NCBI GenBank assembly: GCA_963736875.1
Contig: CAVTQH010000003.1
Coordinates: 129,756 to 193,755 of the forward strand
From: Candidatus Amesbacteria bacterium
GTDB taxonomy: Bacteria; Patescibacteriota; Microgenomatia; CAZETR01; Amesbacteraceae
Length of the DNA: 64,000 nucleotides
Reading direction: 5' to 3'
The position numbers and the translations under genes are program-made. The notes under the pieces are model-generated. The model was not told the DNA's origin, did no database searches, and was given only the letters and a program-made list of their open reading frames with translations. Shown here one piece after another: positions 16,370-24,977 of the stretch; position 1 is the stretch's first letter; each line of letters opens with the position of its first letter.

Positions 16370-17493
16370 GAATCGGAATTGACGCTAGCCGGGCATTTGT
16401 AAAAGAGCCTACAGGGACGGAGAGATATGCTTTCGAAGTGATAACCAGGATGCTTGGGTTGCCGGAGGCCGGGAAACATAAGTGGATCCTGTATGTAAAA
16501 CAATCACAAAATGTTCGCTCGATAAATGCGGAACACGTGAATGTAACAATTGTTGAAATCCCGTTAAAGTACCTGTGGACACAGGCGGGGTTGGCCGCCA
16601 GAACCTGGATTGACAGGCCGGATGTGCTTTGGGTGCCGGCACATACCCTTCCGGTACTGCGAAAACCGGGGATCAGGACTTTGGTCACAATTCACGGGAT
16701 TGAATATGAGTGGCTGCCGGCATATGAGAATAAATTACAAAGATGGTACCTGCCTTTAAGTACCCGGTACGCGGTGCACAGCGCTTCCCGGATTATTGCG
16801 GTGTCGGAATTTACCAAAAAGCAGCTTATAGCAAGGCTTAACGGAGATCAGAATAAGATAAAAGTCATTCCGGAGGGATTTGACGTCCAAATGCCAAAAT
16901 TCAAATTTCAAATGACAAATAAAATTCAGGTTTTAAACAAATACAAATTAACACCGAAGCGGTATTTGTTGTTTGTGGGGACCATACAGCCGAGAAAAAA
17001 CCTGGTGAGGTTGATAGAGGTATTTGCACAACTTGAACAAAACAACCCACGGCTTAAACTGGTGATTGCCGGTAAGCCGGGGTGGAATTACCAGGAGGTA
17101 CTGGATGCGCCGAAGAAATTCGGAGTTGAAGGCAGGGTCGTGATTACCGGTTACATAGGTGATTACACAAGGCAAATATTGTTACACCAGGCTCTGGTAT
17201 ACGTGCAGCCCAGTATTACGGAAGGATTCGGACTGCCGGTTTTGGAGGCAATGGCGGCCGGAATTCCGGTCGTATCCTCAAACGGAGGAGCCTTAAAAGA
17301 GGTGGTCGGTAAAGCAGGGGTGTTGTTTGACCCAACGGACAATCGGGACATTGGTCATAAGTTGTTGTCGGTCATAAATGATCGGGTGTTTCAAAAGAAA
17401 CTGGTAAAGCAGGGCAGGGAGAGGGCAAAATTGTTTAACTGGGAGAAAGCCGCAAGACAGACATATCAACTTATAGTTTCTGATGACTTATAA
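16354..17493 (+). CDS. Glycosyltransferase family 4 (GT-B, Glycos_transf_1)
   Basis: C-terminal 'EGFGLPVLEAMAAGIPVVSS' EX7E-type motif. Confidence 0.8.
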   Translation: MVGEMRIGIDASRAFVKEPTGTERYAFEVITRMLGLPEAGKHKWILYVKQSQNVRSINAEHVNVTIVEIPLKYLWTQAGLAARTWIDRPDVLWVPAHTLPVLRKPGIRTLVTIHGIEYEWLPAYENKLQRWYLPLSTRYAVHSASRIIAVSEFTKKQLIARLNGDQNKIKVIPEGFDVQMPKFKFQMTNKIQVLNKYKLTPKRYLLFVGTIQPRKNLVRLIEVFAQLEQNNPRLKLVIAGKPGWNYQEVLDAPKKFGVEGRVVITGYIGDYTRQILLHQALVYVQPSITEGFGLPVLEAMAAGIPVVSSNGGALKEVVGKAGVLFDPTDNRDIGHKLLSVINDRVFQKKLVKQGRERAKLFNWEKAARQTYQLIVSDDL

Positions 17494-17675
17494 ACATTAT
17501 AGGATTGGGGACAAAATGGGGATAAGTGGCTATATTAGCCTTGATATATTGCAGGTGTTTTGTGAACAACAATGCAAGTATTTTGTTTCAATATGTTGCC
17601 TTATATGTCTTGTAGTAATTTGACATTTAAAGGAAGAACGTTTTTTTAAGTTATTATTTTGTATAATTGTTAAAA

Positions 17676-18527
17676 ATGAACGATTCAAGTGAAGCTGGGA
17701 AAGAAAATATAGACGGTAATAAAGCCATAATCCTGGGGGTAGTGGTGAATAGCACTTCGGCAAGTAAAGTGCTAACAAAAATAGGCAGTTTATGCACGGA
17801 AAAGGCCTATACAAAGCCCTATTTTATAATTACGGCCTATTCAGAGAATATCCTGCAAACCAAAGAGGACAGTCAATTGGCCAAAGCTTTCGGAGTAGCC
17901 GACCTGGTGGTATCGGACGGGATAAGCGCGGTAGCCGCAAGAGATTATCTGAAAAGAAGAAAAGGCCGGATTTTGGATGATTTGGGTCTGGGGCTTATCG
18001 TCGGGTGGAATATTCTGAAGGGAAAATACTCGGGCCAGAAAATAACCGGGGTGGATCTGACCAGAAAGCTTTTAAGGCTAAGCGGAGAAAAAGGATGGAG
18101 AATATTTCTTTTGGGCGGATGGCGGGATGTGGAAGAAAAATTATCCGGAATGATGCGCCGGGATTTTCCGAAAATCAGGATTAACAGCGACCCCGGGCCG
18201 ATAAACGCCGGATTCGGGGTTGATAAAGAGCTGGTGGCCAAGATAAACAGCTTCAGGCCGGATATTCTGCTGGTGGCATTCGGCAGATTCAGGCAGGAGA
18301 AATGGATTGCGGCGAATCTGAAGCTTTTAAATGCCAAAGTGGTGATGGGGGTGGGCAGCAGCTTTGATGAACTGACAGGTATCGGACCGTGGGCGGCGGC
18401 TACACCCCGCTGGGTGGACCGGATGGGTCTGAAATGGCTGTGGCGGGTAGTTCGAAACCCCGGGCATCTGCGGCGGGCCTGGAATGCCTTCCCGGTATTT
18501 GCCTGGAAAGTGTTCAGGAGCCGGTAG
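17676..18527 (+). CDS. WecB/TagA/CpsF-family (GT26) glycosyltransferase
   Basis: Motifs 'VVSDGIS', 'IFLLGG', 'PDILLVAFGRFRQEKWI' and 'VMGVGSSFD'. The ATG at 17676 is preferred over the TTG at 17667. A TATAAT at 17662-17667 sits 8 nt upstream. Confidence 0.75.
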   Translation: MNDSSEAGKENIDGNKAIILGVVVNSTSASKVLTKIGSLCTEKAYTKPYFIITAYSENILQTKEDSQLAKAFGVADLVVSDGISAVAARDYLKRRKGRILDDLGLGLIVGWNILKGKYSGQKITGVDLTRKLLRLSGEKGWRIFLLGGWRDVEEKLSGMMRRDFPKIRINSDPGPINAGFGVDKELVAKINSFRPDILLVAFGRFRQEKWIAANLKLLNAKVVMGVGSSFDELTGIGPWAAATPRWVDRMGLKWLWRVVRNPGHLRRAWNAFPVFAWKVFRSR

Positions 18528-19680
18528 TAAGTTTGACAAATTTTCGGGAGCCGACGGAAAGGACACCTTCATGTACTTCAAGTTTATAGTCTGATACTGT
18601 CTGACCATTAATTTTTACTCCGCCCTGATCAATCAATCTCCGGGCATCGGAGTTGGACTTGGCAAGGCCGGAAGAGACAAGGACGCCTATTACGCTAATA
18701 TCGCCTGATTCTGAGACATTAATTGTGTCATGAACATTAATTGAAAGAGTATCTTTGTTCTGGATGGTCTTTTCAAAATAATTTTGGGCGGAAGTGGCAG
18801 CCTGCGCATCATGAAGTTCAGAGACTATTTGCAGGGCAAGCTGCTTTTTCCGGTCCATGGGATGGCCGTTTTGGGGAATTTTATTCTGGGGGAGGTTTGT
18901 AGCCAGCAGAAAATAGCGGTCAATCAAATCGTCTTTGAGGCTCATCACTTTACCGAACATCTCTTCCGGTTTGTCAGTTAACCAGATGGCATTGTCCCAG
19001 GTTTTACTCATTTTCCGGCCGTCGGTGCCTTCCAGAAAGACGGTAGACATAACAAATGAATCTTTGTGCCGCAGATCTTTCTGCAGGGTTCTGCCGGCCT
19101 GCATATTAAAGGTCTGATCGGTGCCGCCGATCTGCAGGTCGGTATCCATAAAATAAGAATCGTAGCCCTGCATCACCGGGTACAGGACTTCCGGCAGGGA
19201 GACGGATTTACCGTCGCCCAGGCGTTTTTTGATCAGTTCCCGGGATATAAAATCGTTGAGGCTGAAGTGGCGGATGAGCTTGACAATTTCATCAAACGTC
19301 AGGGCTTTTAACCATTCACTGTTGTGGCGGACTGAAACCCGGGAAAAATCCAGAATTTTGGAGGCTTGCTCCCGGTATGTCTGAAAGTTGGCCTCGATTT
19401 GTTCATAGGTGAGGACCGGGCGCTCGGAATCTTTGTCGGAAGTGTCGCCGATCAAAGCCGTGAAATCGCCGATTAAAAAAGTGACGTGGTGGCCAAGGTC
19501 AACCAGCTGTTTGAGCTTTCTCAAAGGAACCGCGTTCCCCAGGTGAATACGAACTGCGGTCGGATCGATACCCAGGTAGATATTCAGTTTGCGCTCGGAG
19601 CGAAGCACTTTTTCCAGCTCCTCCCGGCCGGGGATGATATTGGCAACGCCGCGGGCGAGAAATTCGGATATTGGATCCAT
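18514..19680 (-). CDS. tyrS: Tyrosyl-tRNA synthetase with C-terminal S4 domain
   Basis: HIGH-type 'HLGN', KMSKS-type 'KMSKT', and a C-terminal S4-like segment 'DARRLIDQGGVKINGQTV'. Confidence 0.9.
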   Translation of the reverse strand: MDPISEFLARGVANIIPGREELEKVLRSERKLNIYLGIDPTAVRIHLGNAVPLRKLKQLVDLGHHVTFLIGDFTALIGDTSDKDSERPVLTYEQIEANFQTYREQASKILDFSRVSVRHNSEWLKALTFDEIVKLIRHFSLNDFISRELIKKRLGDGKSVSLPEVLYPVMQGYDSYFMDTDLQIGGTDQTFNMQAGRTLQKDLRHKDSFVMSTVFLEGTDGRKMSKTWDNAIWLTDKPEEMFGKVMSLKDDLIDRYFLLATNLPQNKIPQNGHPMDRKKQLALQIVSELHDAQAATSAQNYFEKTIQNKDTLSINVHDTINVSESGDISVIGVLVSSGLAKSNSDARRLIDQGGVKINGQTVSDYKLEVHEGVLSVGSRKFVKLTTGS

Positions 19681-19728
19681 GAGATTATTTTAGCATCCAA
19701 TGAGGAATGGCGTATAATTCGGGACATA

Positions 19729-20406
19729 ATGGGCGGAAGTAAGGAGGGACTGCAATATGTTTTTGCGGAAACATTGGGATTTAGAGATGAAGTTAAGGCA
19801 GTGGGCGTGAGAATGAAGCCAGGGAAAAGAGTCGAAATTACCGGGCGTCTTCTCTACGGTGAAGAGGGAGAAGTTGTAGATACGAAGGATATTTTACAGG
19901 TTTGGCATGATAAAAAAGTACGTTTTGCTGATAAGGAATCGGGAATAGTTGATTGGGAAGGAGTTCGGGCAGACCGTAAAAGAAACTATGCTTTAAATCC
20001 CCGAAAATGGGATCGAAAGGTTCAGGAAGGTATAAAAACGATGGACATGATGATAAAGTGGGACCGGTGTTATCTTTCTGACCGGATTAATAAAAAGATT
20101 GAGGTATTAGATATGAGGCTTGGGACCGTACTGAAGAAACTGGCCATGATCGCTTTGGTTAACGAGAAGGATGTAGGAGAAATGCTGGAGTTTTTGGCAT
20201 CGGGGATTAATTTTGATAAAAACGCTGTAACTAAGAAAAATGTGGCTAAGTTATTAAAGTATTTTCAGGGAGAGGAAGGACTGATGGTCGGAAATCTGGA
20301 CTGGCAGGCGGTGGAGGCTTACGGGGTGATGGTAAAGAATATGCCGTCTTTTGAAGAATTCTGCCAAAAAGAATATCCGAAAGAGCTGCTGCGGGGTAAA
20401 GAATAA
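19729..20406 (+). CDS. Hypothetical protein (start uncertain; alternatives are 19813, or 19486 which overlaps tyrS antisense)
   Basis: Long ORF with no recognised motifs. The first 80 codons of the track ORF are antisense to tyrS and so are unlikely to be coding. A TATAAT at 19713 sits 10 nt before the ATG at 19729. Confidence 0.45.
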   Translation: MGGSKEGLQYVFAETLGFRDEVKAVGVRMKPGKRVEITGRLLYGEEGEVVDTKDILQVWHDKKVRFADKESGIVDWEGVRADRKRNYALNPRKWDRKVQEGIKTMDMMIKWDRCYLSDRINKKIEVLDMRLGTVLKKLAMIALVNEKDVGEMLEFLASGINFDKNAVTKKNVAKLLKYFQGEEGLMVGNLDWQAVEAYGVMVKNMPSFEEFCQKEYPKELLRGKE

Positions 20407-20423
20407 TATTTTCGTGATAAGAT

Positions 20424-21851
20424 TTGAATATGAACCGGGAGAAAAGGCAGCTGCCGAAAAAAAGCGAGGATTTGTCGGATTGGTACAACCGGGTGGTACT
20501 GCTGTCGGAGCTGGCTGATTACGGGCCGGCCAGGGGGACGATGATATTCCGGCCTTACGGCTATGCCATCTGGGAAAATATCCAGAAAGCGATGGACTGG
20601 GAAATCCGGTCAGCCGGGGTAGAGAATGCCTATTTTCCGATGTTAATACCGGAATCGTTTATAAAACGGGAGAAGGAACATATAGAGGGGTTTGCGCCGG
20701 AGCTGGCTGTCGTGACTATCGGTGGGGGGGAAGAGTTGAAAGAGAGACTGATTGTCCGGCCGACCTCGGAGACGATTATGTATGACGCTTATTCCAAATG
20801 GATACATTCGTGGCGGGATTTGCCTCTGGAAATTAACCAGTGGAACAATATTGTCCGCTGGGAGAAGCGGACATATCTGTTTTTACGGACTCTGGAATTT
20901 TTGTGGCAGGAAGGGCACAGTGCCCATGCCACACATGAGGAGTCTTTGGCCCGGGTGAAGTGGGCAATTGAAATGTATGCGTCCATTTACCGCGACTGGT
21001 GTGCCATGCCGGGGGTGATCGGGAGAAAATCGGAAGCGGAGAAATTTGCCGGGGCGGGGGCGACCTGGACCTATGAAATGATGATGCCCGGCGGCAAAGC
21101 TTTGCAGGCCTGCACGTCACATGATCTGGGGCAGAACTTTTCAAAGCAGTTTGACGTCAAGTTTCAGGACAAGGACGGACAAACGAAATATGTCTGGCAA
21201 AACAGCTGGGGATTTTCGACGAGATCAATAGGTGGCATGCTTCTGGCTCACGGCGACGATGCGGGGATAGTATTGCCACCTAAACTGGCTCCCATCCAGG
21301 TGATTGTCCTGCCGGTAACGTATGAGGCGGATGTTCTGGAGCACAGTTTTAAGATACTGACGGGTCTGGTCGAAGACGGATTCAGAGTTAAAGTTGATGA
21401 CCGGGAGGATGAATCGATGGGTTACCGGATCAACAAATGGGAACTTAAGGGAGTCCCCTTACGGCTTGAAATCGGCAAGAAGGAAATGGAAAGCGGAGTG
21501 TGGACGGCAGCCCGCCGGGATACCGGTGAGAAAGTAAAAGTCAAAACTTCCGGTGAAATTGAGAAGCTGTTAACCGATATCCAGGCAAATCTTCTGGCCA
21601 GGCAGGAGAAGTTTTTGGCTGAAAGTACCCGCAGAGTTGATGAATACAAGGATTTTAAGGAAATTATGGAAAGCGTGAGGGGACTTCTGGAAGCTTTCTG
21701 GTGTGAGGATCCCGGTTGTGAGGAGAAAATCAAAGAGGAAACAAAAGCGACGGTCAGGTGTCTGCCGCGGGAGGCCAGGGAGGAGAACGGGAAGTGTATC
21801 AAGTGCGGAAAGAAGGCTACCTACCGCTGGCTGTTTGGGTTGTCCTATTAA
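20424..21851 (+). CDS. proS: Prolyl-tRNA synthetase, archaeal/eukaryotic type (class II, C-terminal Zn-binding domain)
   Basis: Class II motifs 'FRPYGYAIWE' and 'LRTLEFLWQEGHSAHAT', plus a C-terminal C-x2-C...C-x2-C. It is short (475 aa) and lacks the bacterial insertion domain. Confidence 0.9.
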   Translation: MNMNREKRQLPKKSEDLSDWYNRVVLLSELADYGPARGTMIFRPYGYAIWENIQKAMDWEIRSAGVENAYFPMLIPESFIKREKEHIEGFAPELAVVTIGGGEELKERLIVRPTSETIMYDAYSKWIHSWRDLPLEINQWNNIVRWEKRTYLFLRTLEFLWQEGHSAHATHEESLARVKWAIEMYASIYRDWCAMPGVIGRKSEAEKFAGAGATWTYEMMMPGGKALQACTSHDLGQNFSKQFDVKFQDKDGQTKYVWQNSWGFSTRSIGGMLLAHGDDAGIVLPPKLAPIQVIVLPVTYEADVLEHSFKILTGLVEDGFRVKVDDREDESMGYRINKWELKGVPLRLEIGKKEMESGVWTAARRDTGEKVKVKTSGEIEKLLTDIQANLLARQEKFLAESTRRVDEYKDFKEIMESVRGLLEAFWCEDPGCEEKIKEETKATVRCLPREAREENGKCIKCGKKATYRWLFGLSY

Positions 21852-21905
21852 TTAAGAAGGACTTTTTAATCTAGATTGGCATATTTAACGAAAATACGTT
21901 GGTTA

Positions 21906-21934
21906 TTGACAACCAAGGTATATTTTAGTAGTAT
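21906..21934 (+). promoter_or_regulatory. Putative promoter TTGACA-N17-TAGTAT upstream of the ATPase gene
   Basis: Perfect -35 at 21906-21911 and a 4/6 -10 at 21929-21934. An 'AAAGG' SD-like element lies 5 nt before the ATG at 21947. Confidence 0.35.
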
Positions 21935-21946
21935 TCTCAAAGGTTT

Positions 21947-23164
21947 ATGATTCATTCATTTTCGTGCAAGAATTTCTACTCTTTTAAGGATTTTGCAACA
22001 GTCAATTTTGTGGTAAATGATAAAGCACCGGATAACTATGGGTATTTTATGGCTAAGTCGGGGAAGCGGTTATCGAAGATTGAAACAATAATTGGGGCGA
22101 ATGCATCTGGGAAAACGAATATGTTGAGAGTGTTACCGTTTATGAAGTGGTTGATTGTGGATTCCTATGCTAGAGATCCGGCCAGTAGCATTCCGGTAAA
22201 AAGTTTTGCTTTTACCGGTGAGAAAAACAAATTATCGGAAGTGGCAGCTGATTTCGAAATTGATGGCAATATTTATAGTTATGAGTTTTGTTTGAATGAT
22301 AAGAGAATTTTATCTGAGAAACTGAGTGTAACTAATAAGTCAAGTAAAAAAGTGACTAAAAAAATGGTTTTTTGCAGGACGTGGGACAAAGCAACAAGCA
22401 ACTATGTGTGGGAAGATGCGCTTTTCCAGTTACCTAAGGGTTTTATGGATTTAGATCGTGGCAATGCCAGTGTAGTTAGTTCAGCTTTTCGGCTGGGGCA
22501 TTTAGGGAGCCAGAAGATTGTTGATGGTTGGAAAAAGGTGGAATTCAATGTGAAGGAGTTTGGTTGGATTGGGGATCTATTATCACCAGATTCCGGGCGC
22601 TATGTAATTAGCGCAGTTGATTTTTATAGTAAACCGGAAAATGCTTCCCAGAAAAAACAAGCAGATGAGATACTGGCGAGTTTCGATTTGGGTTTAAAAT
22701 CCATAGATCTTAAGAAAGAAGCTGATGAGGCAGGTAATTTTAAAATTACTGTGAGGGGAGTTCATATTTTTGATAACGGGGAAGGAAATTTGCCGTTCCA
22801 ATATGAATCAGCCGGAACAAGGCAGTTGTTTGTGCTGCTGAAGACGGTTTTGTCAGTGTTGAGCCAAGGCGGAGTGGCGGTTTTGGATGAGATGGATGCG
22901 AGTTTACATCCGGAGATAGTGCTGGCTTTAGTGAATTTGTTTTTGCAACCGGAAAAGAATCGTAATAATGCTCAGCTCATTTTTGCTACCCATGGTCACT
23001 CGATCTTGAATAGCCTGGATAAATACCAGATTATGTTGGTAGAAAAGAAGGATCACGGAGGGAGTGAGGTGTGGCGGCTAGACGATGTCTCAGGGATACG
23101 CTCTGATGAGAACTATTATTCAAAGTATATGGCCGGGGCGTATGGGGCGGTACCAAGAATCTAA
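21947..23164 (+). CDS. AAA_21-family ABC-type ATPase (AbiLi / AriA / RloA-like abortive-infection ATPase)
   Basis: N-terminal 'MIHSFSCKNFYSFKD', Walker A 'GANASGKTN', ABC-signature-like 'YESAGTRQ', Walker B/D-loop 'VAVLDEMDASLHP', and H-loop 'FATHGHS'. Sampled 60-mers are ~25-43% GC versus ~55-58% in flanking proS. Confidence 0.8.
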   Translation: MIHSFSCKNFYSFKDFATVNFVVNDKAPDNYGYFMAKSGKRLSKIETIIGANASGKTNMLRVLPFMKWLIVDSYARDPASSIPVKSFAFTGEKNKLSEVAADFEIDGNIYSYEFCLNDKRILSEKLSVTNKSSKKVTKKMVFCRTWDKATSNYVWEDALFQLPKGFMDLDRGNASVVSSAFRLGHLGSQKIVDGWKKVEFNVKEFGWIGDLLSPDSGRYVISAVDFYSKPENASQKKQADEILASFDLGLKSIDLKKEADEAGNFKITVRGVHIFDNGEGNLPFQYESAGTRQLFVLLKTVLSVLSQGGVAVLDEMDASLHPEIVLALVNLFLQPEKNRNNAQLIFATHGHSILNSLDKYQIMLVEKKDHGGSEVWRLDDVSGIRSDENYYSKYMAGAYGAVPRI

Positions 23165-23663
23165 TAAAATCCGTCACTATAAGAAAACGGCTTTAGTGTT
23201 TGGCGAAGGGTTAAAAGAGGCACGTTTTTTGAGATATTTAAACCGGTTGTACACGCGTGGAAATAGAGTGACTGTTTTTGTTCGGTCTGGGAGGGGTGGT
23301 ACGGCGGATCAGGTTGTGATTGACGCGGGCAGAGGATTGGCAGGTCATGATAAGAGGATAGTTGTATTGGATAACGACAAGCCGGTTTTGGAGATGAAGA
23401 AAGCTAGATCTGAAGCTGGCCGTAGGGGAATTGAGCTGATTGAAAACACCCCTTGTTTGGAGGCGGTTTTGTTATCAATTTTGGGGGTGGAAGTAAAAAG
23501 AAAGGGTTCGGGATGGTGCAAGAAGGAATTAGAGTCAAATTATATGGTTGAAGCTACAGAGGAAATGTATTTTCGGATGTTTCCCAAGAAACTATTAAAT
23601 AAACAAAAGGAGAAGTTTCTCATGTTGAGTAGGATAATCTCGATAATGGAAGGAAAGTTTTGA
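23142..23663 (+). CDS. RloB-like / OLD-family Toprim-like protein (AbiLii-like partner of the ATPase)
   Basis: 'TALVFGEGLKEARFL' resembles the RloB 'ILIVCEGEKTEPNYF' motif. 'IVVLDNDKP' matches the DxD Toprim motif, and 'NTPCLEAVLL' matches the RloB 'SNPCFEXWLL' motif. The start is uncertain among 23085, 23106 and 23142. It overlaps the ATPase 3' end. Confidence 0.65.
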   Translation: MGRYQESNKIRHYKKTALVFGEGLKEARFLRYLNRLYTRGNRVTVFVRSGRGGTADQVVIDAGRGLAGHDKRIVVLDNDKPVLEMKKARSEAGRRGIELIENTPCLEAVLLSILGVEVKRKGSGWCKKELESNYMVEATEEMYFRMFPKKLLNKQKEKFLMLSRIISIMEGKF

Positions 23664-23713
23664 GAGATACTAATAAGATATGGGGTTGGAGAGAGATAGT
23701 AGTCTAAGATATA

Positions 23714-24955
23714 ATGGCGGATATGCCGAAAAAAGAAGCGGATATTAAGTTGCCACCCGGAACAAAGGTACCGGATCATGTAGCTTTGATTTTGGACGGA
23801 AACCGCAGGTGGGCCAGAGCCCGGGGACTGCCCGCTTTTGAGGGGCACAGAGCCGGTTTTGAAGCCGGGATGAAAGTGGCCAGAGCCGCCAGAAATTTCG
23901 GGGTCCACACTTTTACCGTCTGGGGATTTTCGACGGAAAATTGGGAAAGATCGGCCGAGGAAATTGAGTGTCTGATGAAGCTTTTCCGGAAAATGGTGGA
24001 TGTTATCAGGGAGGAAGCGGTCAAGGAAAACATCCGGTTTGTGCATCTGGGAAGGAAAGACCGGTTTCCCCGGGATTTGGTTTCATATATCAGTCAGGTG
24101 GAGAAAGAAACCAGAGGCAATACCAAGCACGTTTTAAATGTGGCTCTGGATTACGGCGGGCACGACGAAATACTGCGGGCCGTAAAAAAGGTTATCAAAG
24201 ACAAAATACCCGCGGACCGGCTGGACGAGAAGATGTTTGAAAAATATCTGGATACCGGGGACCAGCCGTACCCTTATGTTGATTTGTTTATCAGAACCAG
24301 CGGGGAGCAGCGGTCTTCAGGCCTCCTGCCGTGGCAGATGCATTACGCGGAATTTTACTGGGAGCTGGATCATTTGCCGGATATGACACCGGAGAAACTG
24401 AGAGAAGCGGTGGTCGATTATTCCCGGAGAAGAAGAAGGTTCGGTGGAAATGACGCGGAGAAGCATCTGAAATTTGATCCGAAAATTGCGGCAAAATTGG
24501 AAATTGATCTGGGCAGGGAAGTGAAAGCCGGAAACGGCAAACGGTTTCGGGATCTGGTAGTAAGCTATATACGGGAGCAATACGGATTATCCAGGACATT
24601 AGCCAAAGAAGGCGGAAAAAGTCTGGCCAAAGCCCTCGTTTACCGGAAACAGGAAGACTGGGTGCAGGCCAAAGAAGCGCTTCAGGGGCTTTATGAAATT
24701 GTCAAAAAAAACCTGGGTCTGGCTTTGGAGCCGGAACTGGCAGCCCAGCTTCAGGTGAGCCTGTGGCAAAACGGGGATAACGAGGAGGATTACCGGAAAC
24801 TGTATGCCGAGACTTACCGGTTTTCGGATTTTCAGGCTTCAAAAAGCGCGCATCTGGCGTATCTGGCAAATAACGAACTGAAAAAAAACAATTTCAGGAG
24901 AGCGAGGGATTATCTGGAAAAGTTTTACGAAGCACTGAAAGAGAGAGTGGCATAG
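23714..24955 (+). CDS. uppS: Undecaprenyl-diphosphate synthase (cis-prenyltransferase) with an atypical ~170-aa C-terminal helical extension
   Basis: 'HVALILDGNRRWA', 'FTVWGFSTENWER' and the 'IRTSGEQRSSGLLPWQ' UPPS core. The core normally ends around residue 240, whereas this ORF is 413 aa. A TATAAT at 23710-23715 overlaps the first ATG, so the second ATG at 23723 may be the real leaderless start. Confidence 0.85.
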   Translation: MADMPKKEADIKLPPGTKVPDHVALILDGNRRWARARGLPAFEGHRAGFEAGMKVARAARNFGVHTFTVWGFSTENWERSAEEIECLMKLFRKMVDVIREEAVKENIRFVHLGRKDRFPRDLVSYISQVEKETRGNTKHVLNVALDYGGHDEILRAVKKVIKDKIPADRLDEKMFEKYLDTGDQPYPYVDLFIRTSGEQRSSGLLPWQMHYAEFYWELDHLPDMTPEKLREAVVDYSRRRRRFGGNDAEKHLKFDPKIAAKLEIDLGREVKAGNGKRFRDLVVSYIREQYGLSRTLAKEGGKSLAKALVYRKQEDWVQAKEALQGLYEIVKKNLGLALEPELAAQLQVSLWQNGDNEEDYRKLYAETYRFSDFQASKSAHLAYLANNELKKNNFRRARDYLEKFYEALKERVA

Positions 24956-24977
24956 ACGTTTGTGGTAAGCTAAAGGT

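Noticed and set aside
19486-19728. Upstream extension of the hypothetical gene to the ATG at 19486
   Set aside because: The first ~80 codons are antisense to the 5' end of tyrS (18514..19680) and would imply a 195-nt coding overlap. A -10 box at 19713 and an SD/uORF at 19739-19810 argue for a start at 19729 or 19813.
23085-23141. Upstream start for the RloB-like ORF at 23085
   Set aside because: The conserved Toprim-like motif normally lies within ~10-15 residues of the N-terminus in this family. Starting at 23142 places it there and limits overlap with the ATPase gene to 23 nt. No start has a clear SD, so this remains uncertain.
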